Shown here one piece after another: positions 1 through 10,209 of a DNA stretch of 64,000 bases. The stretch covers positions 192,001-256,000 of the forward strand of contig CAVPVX010000001.1 of NCBI GenBank assembly GCA_963709345.1. Reading direction: 5' to 3'. Position 1 is the stretch's first letter. Each line of letters starts with the position of its first letter. A program made the translations under genes and the position numbers. Source of the stretch: an uncultured Actinomycetes bacterium. Its GTDB lineage: Bacteria > Actinomycetota > Thermoleophilia > UBA2241. The notes under the pieces were generated by a model. It made no database searches. It had not been told where the DNA came from and was given only the letters and a program-made list of their open reading frames with translations.

Positions 1-1947
1 GGCGCCGACCTCCGGAAGAGCCGCGATGCGCGAGCGCACCTGCTTGCCGTCGGCGCCCGCAACGAAGGTCACCATCGCCGCGTTCACCGGATCGGGCGCG
101 TTCGGACCCAGCGACCGCCTGAGCGCCGGCGACGACATGTACGCGAACGTGCCCAGGGGTTCGTCCACGAACCCGGCGACCCGCTCATGGATGGTGGCGC
201 CGAGCGAAGGCAACCGCACGGTCACCTCGTCGCCGATCGCCACGTCGAGAAGGTCGCTGAGGGACTGCCCCATGAGCAGCCCTGAAGCAGGGAGCTCGAT
301 CTGCTTCCCATCCGCACTATAGAAACCGTGCGCGTGTGTATCCGTCTCATACGCCTGAAGCACCGTGCTGTACGCGCCGGAAGAGGACTCCAGGGCGACC
401 GGCACGTCGGTGACGGGCTCGGCACGCGCAACGCCCTCGACGGCGGCGACCGCGGCGACCGCGGCGAGATCCTGCCGAGTGGACGTGGGCTGGGCCACGC
501 CGCCATCGCTCCCAGCCGCGAAGTACGCCTCGGCGTCCTGCCGCTGGATGTCGACGAACTGCCGCTGCATCAACACGTCGATCGTGTCCAGCATGCCCCA
601 CGACGCGAGGATCAGGGTCGCGGCGAGGACGATTCCGAGCACAGTCGAGAGCGACCGTCGCCGGCTGCGGCCGATGCCGCGAAACACCATCTTCCAGCGC
701 GTCGGCAACCCGCGCAGCGGCGGGGCGACGCGCTCCACGAGACTCTTGCCCCCATGCCCGGGGCCGATCTGGCCCCGCATCGCCGTGGCCGGCGTCAGAC
801 GCGACGCTCGCGCCGCCGGAGCGAGCGTCGAGAGCGACCCCGCCGCAAGAGCGAATGCGAGGCCGACGACGATCGTCACGGGATGGAACTGGATGACGTG
901 GATGGGCACTGAAACGGCGTCCGCGTACATCCGGGTCACGAAGCGTGCCAGCACCATGCCGACGATGAGCCCGGGGACGGCACCGATGAGGGCGGCCGCG
1001 AGCCCGAAGGACAGGTAGTGGCGGAACACGGTGCGCCGCTCGAACCCGTTGGCGAGGAGCAGCCCGACGATCGCCTGCTGCGACAGCACGAGTCTCGTCA
1101 GCAGGATGTACGTCGCCATCGCCGCGGCGCCGAGAAACAGCACGGGGAACATGACGGCCATCTCTCCGAACCCATTGATGTCTTCGCTCAGGGCTGCATT
1201 CGACGGCTGTTGTTCCTGCGTGAAGGCGTCGGTCGCGCCGCCCCGGCGCGCCACGTCCCGGAGCTGTACGTCGACGGCGGCGCGGTCCGCGTCCGGAGCG
1301 TAGCCGAAGAGCACCTGGCTCGTCACCGCCGATGGCGGCAGGTCGTCGAGCAGCGTCTCGGACGCGAACATGACGCCGAAGTCGTCCTGCGAGACGAGGA
1401 TCTCCTGACGACTCGGCGCCGGCCAGAGATACTCGGCGGAGGCGGCTTCGCCGAGCATCGCCACGGTGATCCACCCGGAGTCGCCCAGCGCCTTGAGCCT
1501 CGCCCCCGGCCCGAGCTGGAAGTGCTCGGCCATGTGCTTCTCGACGAGGACGCCGTCCGGCCGGTCCGGAGACAAGTACTCGCCGTCGAGGACCATGACG
1601 CCGTTCAGGGGCGGCTGCCCGCCGGCCGGAAGGCCGACGAGCCGCCCGATCAGCTTCTGGTCGCCGACCGTGACGGGCACGTCCGCGACGCGTCGCCGTG
1701 CGGCGGTCGCGACGCCGCGGACCGCCTTGCCCTCGGCAAGGATCGCCTGCGTGTCGCCGCCGCTCACGGTGAAGTCGGCGAACCGGGTGATGTCGAAGAC
1801 GCGTTGGTAGGACGCCTTGAGATTCGCGTACGCGTCATAGGAGAGTGCGAAGAGAACCAGACCGAGGAAGATGGTCAGGATGACGGCCGCGAACTGCCCC
1901 CGACGGGCGCGCACGTCACGGCGCATCTTGCGGGTGAGCAGGCTCAC
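1..1947 (-). CDS. ABC transporter permease, FtsX/MacB family (runs off left edge)
   Basis: Minus frame from GTG 1947 reads MSLLTRKMRRDVRARRGQFAAVILTIFLG with several TM segments. It is open to base 1 and lies directly downstream of an ABC ATPase. Confidence 0.85.
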   Translation of the reverse strand, partial: MSLLTRKMRRDVRARRGQFAAVILTIFLGLVLFALSYDAYANLKASYQRVFDITRFADFTVSGGDTQAILAEGKAVRGVATAARRRVADVPVTVGDQKLIGRLVGLPAGGQPPLNGVMVLDGEYLSPDRPDGVLVEKHMAEHFQLGPGARLKALGDSGWITVAMLGEAASAEYLWPAPSRQEILVSQDDFGVMFASETLLDDLPPSAVTSQVLFGYAPDADRAAVDVQLRDVARRGGATDAFTQEQQPSNAALSEDINGFGEMAVMFPVLFLGAAAMATYILLTRLVLSQQAIVGLLLANGFERRTVFRHYLSFGLAAALIGAVPGLIVGMVLARFVTRMYADAVSVPIHVIQFHPVTIVVGLAFALAAGSLSTLAPAARASRLTPATAMRGQIGPGHGGKSLVERVAPPLRGLPTRWKMVFRGIGRSRRRSLSTVLGIVLAATLILASWGMLDTIDVLMQRQFVDIQRQDAEAYFAAGSDGGVAQPTSTRQDLAAVAAVAAVEGVARAEPVTDVPVALESSSGAYSTVLQAYETDTHAHGFYSADGKQIELPASGLLMGQSLSDLLDVAIGDEVTVRLPSLGATIHERVAGFVDEPLGTFAYMSSPALRRSLGPNAPDPVNAAMVTFVAGADGKQVRSRIAALPEVGA

Positions 1948-1960
1948 GAGACCCCTCGCG

Positions 1961-2689
1961 TCACCAGCTCACGCCAGACGCGGGCAGCGGATCGGGATTC
2001 CGCTCGTCGGAGACGATCTCCCCGGAGCGCAGCCGGACCACCCGATCAGCCGCGTCGGCGATCGCCGAGTTGTGGGTGACGACGACCACGGCGCGCGCGC
2101 CCTCATGCGCCGCGTCCTGCAGAAGCTCGAGCACCTGTCGCCCGGTGTCCAGATCGAGGGAGCCCGTCGGCTCGTCGCAGAGCAGGAGTCGAGGCTGTTT
2201 GACGAGAGCCCGGGCGATGGCCACGCGTTGTTGCTGCCCTCCCGACAAGGAGCCGGGGAATCGGTCGGCGTGCTCGCCGAGCCCGACGGCCTCCAGGGCA
2301 CGCCGGCTCTCGTCGCCCCGTCCCACGAGCTCGGCGATCAGCTGCACGTTCTCGAGCGACGTCAGCGTCGGCACCAGGTTGAAGAACTGGAAGACGAAGC
2401 CCACCTCCTCACGCCTGTAGCGGGTGAGCTCCTCACGGTCGAGGGCGGCCAGGTCGCGACCGTCGACAGACAGGCGGCCTGCGGTGAGCCGCTCTATGCC
2501 ACCGATGAGATCGAGAAAGGTCGTCTTGCCCGAGCCGCTCGGGCCGAGCAGGACGATGAGCTGGCCGGGTCGGATGCTCATGGTCGCGGGTCGCAGAGCA
2601 TGCACGGCAAGCTCACCCGTGCCGTAGGTCTTGGCGGCACCCTCCATCACGACGAGGCCGTCATCCGCTGGGTGTCTGTCGCCGGGCAC
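1961..2689 (-). CDS. ABC transporter ATP-binding protein (LolD/MacB-like)
   Basis: Walker A GPSGSGKT, LSGGQQQRVAIARAL, DEPTGSLD, VVVTHN. Confidence 0.95.
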   Translation of the reverse strand: MPGDRHPADDGLVVMEGAAKTYGTGELAVHALRPATMSIRPGQLIVLLGPSGSGKTTFLDLIGGIERLTAGRLSVDGRDLAALDREELTRYRREEVGFVFQFFNLVPTLTSLENVQLIAELVGRGDESRRALEAVGLGEHADRFPGSLSGGQQQRVAIARALVKQPRLLLCDEPTGSLDLDTGRQVLELLQDAAHEGARAVVVVTHNSAIADAADRVVRLRSGEIVSDERNPDPLPASGVSW

Positions 2690-2811
2690 GCCGCTCCTTC
2701 CCCACTCACCGCCGGCCGGCTACGCAATGGCACCGGCCATATCTCGCCCGCGCCCACGCGTCTTGCCGTCACGGGCGCCCTAGCAGTCTACCCCCGTGAC
2801 ACGTGTGGGCC

Positions 2812-3063
2812 TCAAAGGAGCACGGTCGTCGTCGACACTTCATCCAGCAACGGGGCGAGCCGGCACCTGATCTCTTCGAGATGCTCCGACCGCGTCACGA
2901 GGAGGAGCTCGTCCTCACGACCGATCACCCTGTCCGGTGCGGCGAACAGCGTCTCATCACCACGACGCACGCTGAGGACCAGCGTGTCGGCGGGCCATGC
3001 GGCCTCGGTGACGCTCTTGCCGACCAGGCCCGAGTCCGACGCCGGACGACCCTCCACCAGCAC
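2812..3063 (-). CDS. Stand-alone TrkA-C (RCK_C) domain, possibly a remnant
   Basis: SGLVGKSVTEAAWPADTLVLSVRRGDETLFAAPDRVIGREDELLLV fits the TrkA-C pattern; there is no N-terminal domain. Confidence 0.55.
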   Translation of the reverse strand: MLVEGRPASDSGLVGKSVTEAAWPADTLVLSVRRGDETLFAAPDRVIGREDELLLVTRSEHLEEIRCRLAPLLDEVSTTTVLL

Positions 3064-3099
3064 ACCGCGGGCGGCGAGTGCGTCGAGACGGCGAGCTCC

Positions 3100-3310
3100 A
3101 CAGCGTGTACTGGTTCATCACGCCCGAGTACACTGGCGGCGAGAGCCAGGAGAGCATCTCGCACGCCCTCTCATCGTTCTCCGGCGGAGTGAACGCCGCC
3201 GTGGCCGCAGCCACCCCGCAGTCGTCGAGCACCGGCGGCGGCGGGTTCTCCGGTGACGGCGGCTTTTCGGTGACAGCGGCTTCTCTGGCGGAGGCGGTGG
3301 CGCGGATTGA
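3100..3310 (+). pseudogene. C-terminal remnant of a DUF2207-like membrane protein
   Basis: VYWF..SISHALSSFSGGVNAAVAAATPQSSSTGGGGFSGDGGF, then after a frameshift GDSGFSGGGGGAD* (TGA 3308-3310). This is the typical Gly/Ser tail of the family. Confidence 0.55.
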
Positions 3311-3431
3311 CGCCCCATCGACACGACCCCACGAACACGGCCGGCGGGGCACGGACGGGGTAGAAGGGATGCAGATCCGTGGCCAGAATGAGTCAGAAAT
3401 GAGTCCGAGTCCGGCATCACAGCCTTCTGGT

Positions 3432-4715
3432 ATGGCGCGCAGCGACCGGCACCTGCGCGTTCTCTGCCTGGAGGATTCACCCGATGACGCCGAGCTGGTG
3501 GCAAGGACGCTAAGACGAGCCGGCTACCAGATCGACCTTGCCGTGGCGCCGGACAAGCGGCGTTACGAGGAGATGCTCGCCGACGGACCCTACGATGTCA
3601 TCCTCGCCGACTTCGCCCTCCCGGGCATCAACGCCCCGGAGGCGCTGGAGCTCGCCGGCGCGACCTGCACAGGCATGCCGTTCATCTGCGTTTCCGGCAC
3701 GATCGGCGAGGAGGCCACCGTCGAACTGCTCAAACAGGGCGCGGACGACTGTGTCCTCAAGGACAAGATGGGCCGCCTGCCGTTCGCCGTACAGCGCGCC
3801 ATCGAAGACAGGGCGCACGCGCAGACGCTGGCCGACAGCGAACGGCGCTTTCGCTCGCTGTTCGAGAACCTCCTCAACGGCTACGCCTATTGCCGGATGA
3901 TCTATGACGCCGCGGGAGAGCCGGCCGACTTCGTCTTCCGCGAGGTCAACCCCGCCTTCGAGCTTCTGACCGGCCTGAAGGACGTCGCCGGCAGACCAGT
4001 CTCGGAGGTCGTGCCCGGGATCAGGGAGGTGAGCCCCGAGCTCTTCGAGATCTGCGGTCGAGTCGCCCGCAGCGGCAGTCCCGAGACCATCACTTTCGAC
4101 TTCGCGTCGCTCGCCTTGCGGGTGTTCATCGCGGTGTACAGCTCGGAACCAGGATCGTTCGTCGCGCTCTTCGAGGACATCACCGAGCGCCACAAGGCGG
4201 AACTGGCGCTCCGGCAGCAGGAGGAGGACATCCGCCGGGCCTACGTGGACGTGCTCGACGCGGTGACCGGCGGCAAGCTCATCCTCCTCACCGAGGAAGC
4301 TTTCGCCGACGAGCTGGGCGGGCCACTCAACGATGCCATGCACATCACTGCGCCCGCGCAGCTGGCCGAGGCCCGTCGTCTGGTCGTCGAGGCATCCGAG
4401 CTCCGCTTTCCCGGGCGGATACGCCACGCCGACCTGCTCAGCCCGGTAGGCGAAGCTCTCGCCAACGCCCTCAAGCACGCTCGCGGCGGCACATGCCAGG
4501 TCTTCGCGAAGGATGGCTGTGTCCAGGTAGCCGTCACCGACGAGGGGGCGGGCATCGACTTCAGGACACTGCCGAAGGCCACGCTCGTGCCGGGCTTCTC
4601 CACTGCCGCCAGCCTCGGGATGGGATTCACGATCATGCTCCAGCTCTGCGATCGCGTGCTGCTGTGCACCCGCCCCGGCCGCACGCAAGTCGGATTGGAG
4701 TGGGCAGCCGGCTGA
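3432..4715 (+). CDS. Receiver + PAS + HATPase_c (RsbW/anti-sigma-type) signalling protein
   Basis: VLCLEDSPDD...ILADFALP...VLK receiver; ERRFRSLFEN...EDITERHKAE PAS; EALANALKHA, DEGAGID, GMGF ATPase boxes. Start re-set to ATG 3432. Confidence 0.85.
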   Translation: MARSDRHLRVLCLEDSPDDAELVARTLRRAGYQIDLAVAPDKRRYEEMLADGPYDVILADFALPGINAPEALELAGATCTGMPFICVSGTIGEEATVELLKQGADDCVLKDKMGRLPFAVQRAIEDRAHAQTLADSERRFRSLFENLLNGYAYCRMIYDAAGEPADFVFREVNPAFELLTGLKDVAGRPVSEVVPGIREVSPELFEICGRVARSGSPETITFDFASLALRVFIAVYSSEPGSFVALFEDITERHKAELALRQQEEDIRRAYVDVLDAVTGGKLILLTEEAFADELGGPLNDAMHITAPAQLAEARRLVVEASELRFPGRIRHADLLSPVGEALANALKHARGGTCQVFAKDGCVQVAVTDEGAGIDFRTLPKATLVPGFSTAASLGMGFTIMLQLCDRVLLCTRPGRTQVGLEWAAG

Positions 4716-4940
4716 AGGCCCTTGGCTGCCCGACGCAAATCACGCGGCGCCCGGATTGCCGCACCCCGCGGGCGTGGCCGATACCGCCGCCAGGGCGCCC
4801 GCGAGCAACGCGCGCGCAGAACCCCCTGTCGGCCAGCCGGCTCCACTCCACGGACGCGAGGCGGCCCTGAACTCATGGTGCTGCCGTCGCGGCGGGCATA
4901 GAATGTCGCCCTCAGCACCGGCACCGAGGAGACGCGCCCC

Positions 4941-6362
4941 ATGCGCCGCATTGGCATCCGCCGAGAGGACAAGGACCCCTGGGAGGCTCGCGTCCCTCTG
5001 ATCCCCGACGACGTCGCCAGTCTCACGAGCTCGGGCACCGTGGAGATCGTCGTGCAGCCCTCTCCGCAGCGCGTCTTCACCGAGGATGAGTACGTGCGCG
5101 CCGGAGCACGCATCGACGAGGACCTCAGCACCTGCGACATCGTCGTGGCCGTCAAAGAGATTCCTCGTGAACTCTTCACGCCCGGCGCGACCTACGCGTT
5201 CTTCTCGCACACCATCAAGGGGCAGCCCTACAACATGGACATGCTCCGGCGCTTGATGGAGCTGGAGTGCGAATTGATCGACTACGAGCGGATCACCGAC
5301 CACCGCGGGCAGCGGCTCATCTTCTTCTCGCGGTTCGCGGGACTCGCGGGCGCCATCGACAGTCTGTGGACGCTCGGCCGCCGATTGGAGTGGGAGGGCC
5401 TCACGCCGAATCCCTTCGCCACCCTCGAGCAGACGTACCGCTACCCGACACTCGAGGCGGCGCTCGAGGCAGTGCGTGAAGTCGGAGCGCGCATCGCCGC
5501 CGACGGCCTGCCCGCCGAGATCTGCCCGTTCGTGATCGGGATCACCGGCTACGGCAACGTCTCGCTCGGCGCGCAGGAGGTCGTCGCCGCGCTTGACGCC
5601 GTCGCAGTGAGTCCGGACCGGCTCGACGAGCTGTCTGCGGGCGGCGCCGCGGCGCACTCCTCCAGTCGTTCCGCCGTCAATGGCCGCCACACCGCTTACG
5701 CGGTCGTGTTCGCCGAGCGGGACTTCGTGGCGCGGCGCGACGCCGCCCAGCCGTTCGCGCTGGACGAGTACTTTCGGCATCCGGATCTGTACCAAGGCAC
5801 CTTCGAGCGCCGCCTGCCGCAGCTCACGCTGCTCCTCAACTGCGTGTTCTGGGACACGCCGTACCCCCGGCTCGTGACGAGGGCGGCGATCGGCGAGCTC
5901 TTCGCCGCCCCCATCGCGCCGCGCCTGAGGGTCATCGGCGACATCAGCTGCGACATCGAGGGATCCGTGGAGCTGACGGTCAAGGAGACCCACATCGACC
6001 GGCCGGTCTACGTCTACGACGCCGTCACCGGCGCCGTCACGGATGGCGTGGAGGGTCGCGGCCCAGTGGTGCTCGCCGTGGGCAACCTGCCGTGCGAGCT
6101 CTCGCGAGAGTCGTCCACCGCCTTCAGCGCAGCGCTCTCACCCTTGGTGCCCGCCCTGGCCGTGGCCGACCTCTCCCTGCCGCTCGAGCGGCTGAGCCTG
6201 CCGCCCGAGCTCCTTCGCGCGCTCATACTGCATCACGGCGAGCTCACTCCGGACTACGAGTACATGTGGCGGTTCGTGCACACCGTGCCGCCCGCCGGCG
6301 ACGCGCTGCCCGCCGGCGACGCAGCGCAGTCCGCCACCGAGCCCCAACCCCCTCGCGACTGA
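4941..6362 (+). CDS. Lysine-ketoglutarate reductase/saccharopine dehydrogenase-like protein (AlaDh/PNT fold)
   Basis: IGIRREDKDPWEARVPL, FFSHTIKGQPYNM, LIDYERI, TGYGNVSLGAQE, IGDISCDIEGS, NLPCEL. Confidence 0.85.
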   Translation: MRRIGIRREDKDPWEARVPLIPDDVASLTSSGTVEIVVQPSPQRVFTEDEYVRAGARIDEDLSTCDIVVAVKEIPRELFTPGATYAFFSHTIKGQPYNMDMLRRLMELECELIDYERITDHRGQRLIFFSRFAGLAGAIDSLWTLGRRLEWEGLTPNPFATLEQTYRYPTLEAALEAVREVGARIAADGLPAEICPFVIGITGYGNVSLGAQEVVAALDAVAVSPDRLDELSAGGAAAHSSSRSAVNGRHTAYAVVFAERDFVARRDAAQPFALDEYFRHPDLYQGTFERRLPQLTLLLNCVFWDTPYPRLVTRAAIGELFAAPIAPRLRVIGDISCDIEGSVELTVKETHIDRPVYVYDAVTGAVTDGVEGRGPVVLAVGNLPCELSRESSTAFSAALSPLVPALAVADLSLPLERLSLPPELLRALILHHGELTPDYEYMWRFVHTVPPAGDALPAGDAAQSATEPQPPRD

Positions 6363-6429
6363 AGATACAGGCGATCAGGAGGGCGCTGCTCGGCGCTCGA
6401 AAGGCCCGTGCACCTGGGGGAGAGCAGAG

Positions 6430-6505
6430 TGGTGGACCGCGCCGGAATCGAGCCGGCGACCTCCTCCGTGCGAGGGAGGCGCTCTCCCAACTGAGGTAGC
6501 GGCTC
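6430..6505 (-). tRNA. tRNA-Ala(CGC), atypical/possibly degenerate copy 1
   Basis: 76-nt cloverleaf with anticodon arm CCTCC-CTCGCAC-GGAGG, G3:U70, A73 and encoded CCA. Deviations: A2:C71, C10:C25 and T-loop CTCGATT. Confidence 0.75.
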
Positions 6506-6554
6506 ACGAGAGGGACAAGTACGGCGCGTGAAGACGGGGAGCCCGAGCGGGGCC
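6430..6554. repeat. Direct repeat copy A (tRNA-Ala + 49 bp upstream flank); partner 8940-9064
   Basis: Identical to 8940-9064 except for the T-arm and one flank base. Confidence 0.9.
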
Positions 6555-6834
6555 GCGTTCGCGTTTTGGCAACGGCGCCCGCGTTGAGGCCGACAGGGCA
6601 CGGGTGTAGTGTTGCGAATAGGCTCCGAAGAGAACCTGTCAGGGCCAGGGCGCCACGCAGCTCAAAGCCGTAGCGCCACTCAGGGCCGCCGCGCAAACGG
6701 CGGCCCTCGTGTCTCTGGGGTCGGCCCCGGCCATCTGCATCCCACACGTGCGGCCTCGTCTGGACCCATCTGGCGCGGCCGGCACGCTCACCAGCGCAGG
6801 ACAGAGTGCTCGCCGCCACGGTCGAGTCAAGCGG

Positions 6835-7747
6835 TCAGCGCGTGGATGGCTCCGGTCGAACGTACTCGTATGCCGCAGCATCCCAGCCGCCTTTCTCGAT
6901 GGCCACGCGATAGACGCTGTCGAGGAAGCTGAGGATCGCCCGGCGCGGTTCATCCGACGTCCGCACCGCCTCATATGGCAGGGACCACATTCCCATGGCC
7001 TCTATCCAGCCCGCGTAGCGAGGGCTCGATCGAGGCGTTCTCGCAGCCTTCAGGCCTCGGGGTCAGGTATGCGTAGAAGCTCGCAGGCGCGTTTTCGTCA
7101 CCCGGCCAGAAGCCTGCGCTCATGTGTTCGGCGTCAAGATCGTAGCGCATGATGTAGCCGCGATCGTCGGGCGCCGGCATGTGCGCTCCGTTGAACAGAA
7201 GCACCGAGAAGTCGAAGCCGCCCCACCACAGCTGGACGCCGCTGCGTCCGAAGAAGGACGAGCGAAACTCCTCGAATGCGCCGTTGACACTCGCCAGCAG
7301 CTGGTAGAAGCGCTGCGCGTGCTCCGCGACGATCGTGCCGTCGCGGGTGTTCTCCGAGAACGGCGTGGTATCGGCGACTTCCTGGGGCTTCTCCCAGATA
7401 TCGACATCGATGCCGAGGCCGGCGAGCGCCCCGGCGAAGTCCGCCCAGATGTCGGCGATGCACCGGTCGGGCCCAAGAGGGACCACCACGCGACTGCCGT
7501 CGCTCACGTCGATCCGCAGCGAGACGTCATACACGTCGATGCCCATCGACACGAGACGATCGTCGAGCGGGATCGCCCCCGTCGTGAACCCTCGACCGTC
7601 GAGGAGGAGAGCGGCATGAAGCCACTCGGGCCGTGGGGGGGCCAGAGCTAGCCGCGCCTTTCCGAGCATTTGCGCGCAGAGCTGCAGCGTCGTCTTCGTC
7701 GCTGCCCACTCCCCAGGAGAAAGCGCGGGCCATCCTGCGTGTTCCAT
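6835..7747 (-). pseudogene. DUF5996-family protein, frameshifted near 7020
   Basis: WPALSPGEWAATKTTLQLCAQMLGKARLAL N-terminus. The conserved C-terminus LPYEAVRTSDEPRRAILSFLDSVY..GGWD continues in another frame to TGA at 6835. Confidence 0.75.
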
Positions 7748-7992
7748 GATCTCGTCTCCTCGTTCAAGGTTCTGCTCGATGCATAGGACTCCATCGAGCT
7801 ATTCCCACGGAGAAACACTCGATCGCGACGAGTCCCACTGCACCGATGCGGCGGCGCCACGGCGGGATCGTCGAGGGGGTCGAGGGCCGGCCCGGCTACC
7901 GGCTCACGACATGGCCGTTTCGCTGCAGTCGGAATCGCAGCCAGCGCCACAGCGGCACGCACCGCGACCCTTGAGGCCTCAGGCGTTGGAGT

Positions 7993-8628
7993 TCGCCCCT
8001 GCGCGCGATCGACGGGTTCAGCGCCATGGTGCTCGCCGACGACGGAGAAGCACTCAGCCCGGAGTCCGTGGCGCACCTGGAGCGGGCACGTCTCGCGGCC
8101 GAGCGCATGGCGCGACTGCTGGACGACGTGCTCGGGCTCTCCCGCGTCTCGCGCCGGGACCTGCTGCGCGCGCACGTGGATCTCAGCGCGCTGGCGCGGG
8201 AAGTGGCGGAAGAGCTTCGCGCTGAGCATCCCGCACGCGCGATCGAGGTCGTTGTCGCGCCGGGGATGAGCGCGGAGGCCGATCCCGCAATGGCGCGCAT
8301 GATCCTCCGCGAGCTGCTCGACAACGCCTGGAAGTTCACGAGTAGGCACGCGGCTGCGCGCGTCGAGGTCGGCGCCGAGGACACTGGCGGAGAGCACGCC
8401 TTCTTCGTGAGAGATGACGGCGCCGGCGTCGACCTGCGCCACGCGGAGCACCTCTTCGGCGTCTTCCAGCGTATGCACCCCTCGGACCAGTTCACGGGCC
8501 ACGGCGTGGGTTTGGCCACAGCGCAGCGGCTCGTGACCCGCCACGGCGGGCGCGTCTGGGCTGCGGGCGAAGTAGAGAAGGGCGCGACCTTCTACTTCAC
8601 ACTGCCGGAGACTGCTGCCTCGGCCTGA
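7993..8628 (+). pseudogene. 5'-truncated sensor histidine kinase (partial HisKA + HATPase)
   Basis: SPLRAIDGFSAM begins just after the missing H-box His; LLDNAWKFT, DDGAGVD, FQRMH and GVGLA follow. Confidence 0.75.
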
Positions 8629-8939
8629 CGACCCCGTCGCACAGACGATCACCCGCGCTGGGTGCCCGCGCTCTGCCCCTGGCGCACCGAGTTCCTCACC
8701 CGTCACGCCTCCCACGTCCAGTCCTCGACCCGATTCCCCGGCTCCCGCGTCGCGCCGCTTGTAGAGAGAACCACACCGGCAGCGCAGCTTGCCGAGCGGT
8801 GACGCACCTCGCAGCGAGTTCCAGCCAGCCTCACTTCGTGCCATTCACTACCACGGATTTGGGTTGCAGCATGGTTGCAGAGGGGCGTTCCGGGGGTCTT
8901 CCGGTGGGGCAGGCAGAACACGATTCACCTGCGAATCCT

Positions 8940-9015
8940 TGGTGGACCGCAGCGGGTTCGAACCGCTGACCTCCTCCGTGCGAGGGAGGCGCTCTCCCAA
9001 CTGAGGTAGCGGCTC
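8940..9015 (-). tRNA. tRNA-Ala(CGC), atypical copy 2
   Basis: 76-nt cloverleaf, anticodon CGC, G3:U70, canonical T-arm AGCGG-TTCGAAC-CCGCT, CCA. Shares the A2:C71 and C10 deviations with copy 1. Confidence 0.85.
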
Positions 9016-9064
9016 ACGAGGGGGACAAGTACGGCGCGTGAAGACGGGGAGCCCGAGCGGGGCC
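8940..9064. repeat. Direct repeat copy B; partner 6430-6554
   Basis: Direct sequence comparison. Confidence 0.9.
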
Positions 9065-9082
9065 ATCGAGCCACGAGCACGT

Positions 9083-9126
9083 GGGTTGCGGATGGGTTGC
9101 GGATGGGTTGCGGATGGGGATTGCGG
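9083..9126. repeat. 11-bp tandem repeat (GGGTTGCGGAT)x3 + degenerate unit
   Basis: Units at 9083, 9094 and 9105, then GGGGATTGCGG. Confidence 0.9.
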
Positions 9127-9205
9127 CAACACAGCATACCGATTGCCGGATTGGACTCCACGACCGGCGACAGACATGATCGAGGCCATGATCCGAGGGG
9201 AACGG

Positions 9206-9997
9206 ATGGCAGACGGCGTGCAGGCCCGCGAGGTGGCAGCGCAGGTGTACTGGCTACCGCTCGGCAGGGGGCTCCGGGCAGCCAACGTCTACTTCGTCGG
9301 CTCGGCCGACACCTGGTGCCTCGTCGACGCCGGCTGGCCGCGCGACGCAGGGACGATTCTTCGAGCGGCGGACGAGCTGTTCGGCGCGGGGACCCGCCCG
9401 GTCGCCGTGCTGCTCACGCACGACCACCCTGACCACGCCGGAGCCGCTCGCGAGCTCGCACTGGCATGGGGATGCCGGGTGTGGATGCACCCGCTGGAGC
9501 TACCGCTCGCCAGTGCGGACGCAGAGGCGATCCGCCGCTACGCCGGTCCGCTCGACCGGTCGATCATCCTGCCGTTGCTGCGCCTCATGGGGAGGCGGCG
9601 GATGCAGGCGATCCTCGCCAAGAACAGCCTCGCGGACGTGGCGGCGGCGCTCGACCCGGCCGCACCTGTGCCCGGCCTCCCGGAGTGGGAGGTACTCCCC
9701 ACGCCCGGACATACGCCTGGTCACGTGGCCTATGTGCGCAGCGAGGATCGCGTCGTGATCACGGGCGATGCTCTCGTGACCGTCGACCTCAACTCAGTGC
9801 GCGGCATCGTCCGCCGGGAGCCCACGCTTGCCGGGCCGCCGTGGTACACCACCTGGAGCTGGCCGGCGGCGAAGGCCTCAGCCGCGGCCGTCGCGGAGCT
9901 CGCGCCGCGAGTGGTCGCCGGCGGCCACGGTGCACCGCTCTCGGGCCCGGACGTCGACGCGAAGCTCAGCGCGTTCCTCACGGCCGCACGACGCTGA
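9206..9997 (+). CDS. MBL-fold metallo-hydrolase
   Basis: LVDAG, THDHPDHAG, TPGHTPGH, TGDAL, GGHG. Confidence 0.9.
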   Translation: MADGVQAREVAAQVYWLPLGRGLRAANVYFVGSADTWCLVDAGWPRDAGTILRAADELFGAGTRPVAVLLTHDHPDHAGAARELALAWGCRVWMHPLELPLASADAEAIRRYAGPLDRSIILPLLRLMGRRRMQAILAKNSLADVAAALDPAAPVPGLPEWEVLPTPGHTPGHVAYVRSEDRVVITGDALVTVDLNSVRGIVRREPTLAGPPWYTTWSWPAAKASAAAVAELAPRVVAGGHGAPLSGPDVDAKLSAFLTAARR

Positions 9998-10209
9998 CGG
10001 CGCAGAGGCGCGCAACGCCTCCAGCCGCCGGTTCGTCGCGGCCGCCCGCACCGCGGCCTCGCGTAGCACGCACTTCCTCCGCGAGATCCTCGACCCGACC
10101 TGAGGCGCAGTACGACGAAGGGTGAAGGCCTCGAAGACCCGGGGGACGAAGCACGGGGCTTCAGCGGTTCTGACGCCTGTGTCGGGCTACCGGCGTCTGC
10201 GGCGCCGCC

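Noticed and set aside
3078-3431. N-terminal extension of the REC-PAS ORF as a true fusion
   Set aside because: It is a frameshifted DUF2207-like tail plus intergenic DNA that happens to be in frame.
6289-6324. 18-bp tandem duplication (PAGDAL/PAGDAA)
   Set aside because: Lies in a low-complexity C-terminal tail; probably neutral slippage.
9083-9126. Repeats as CRISPR array
   Set aside because: The 11-bp units have no spacers and there are no cas genes.
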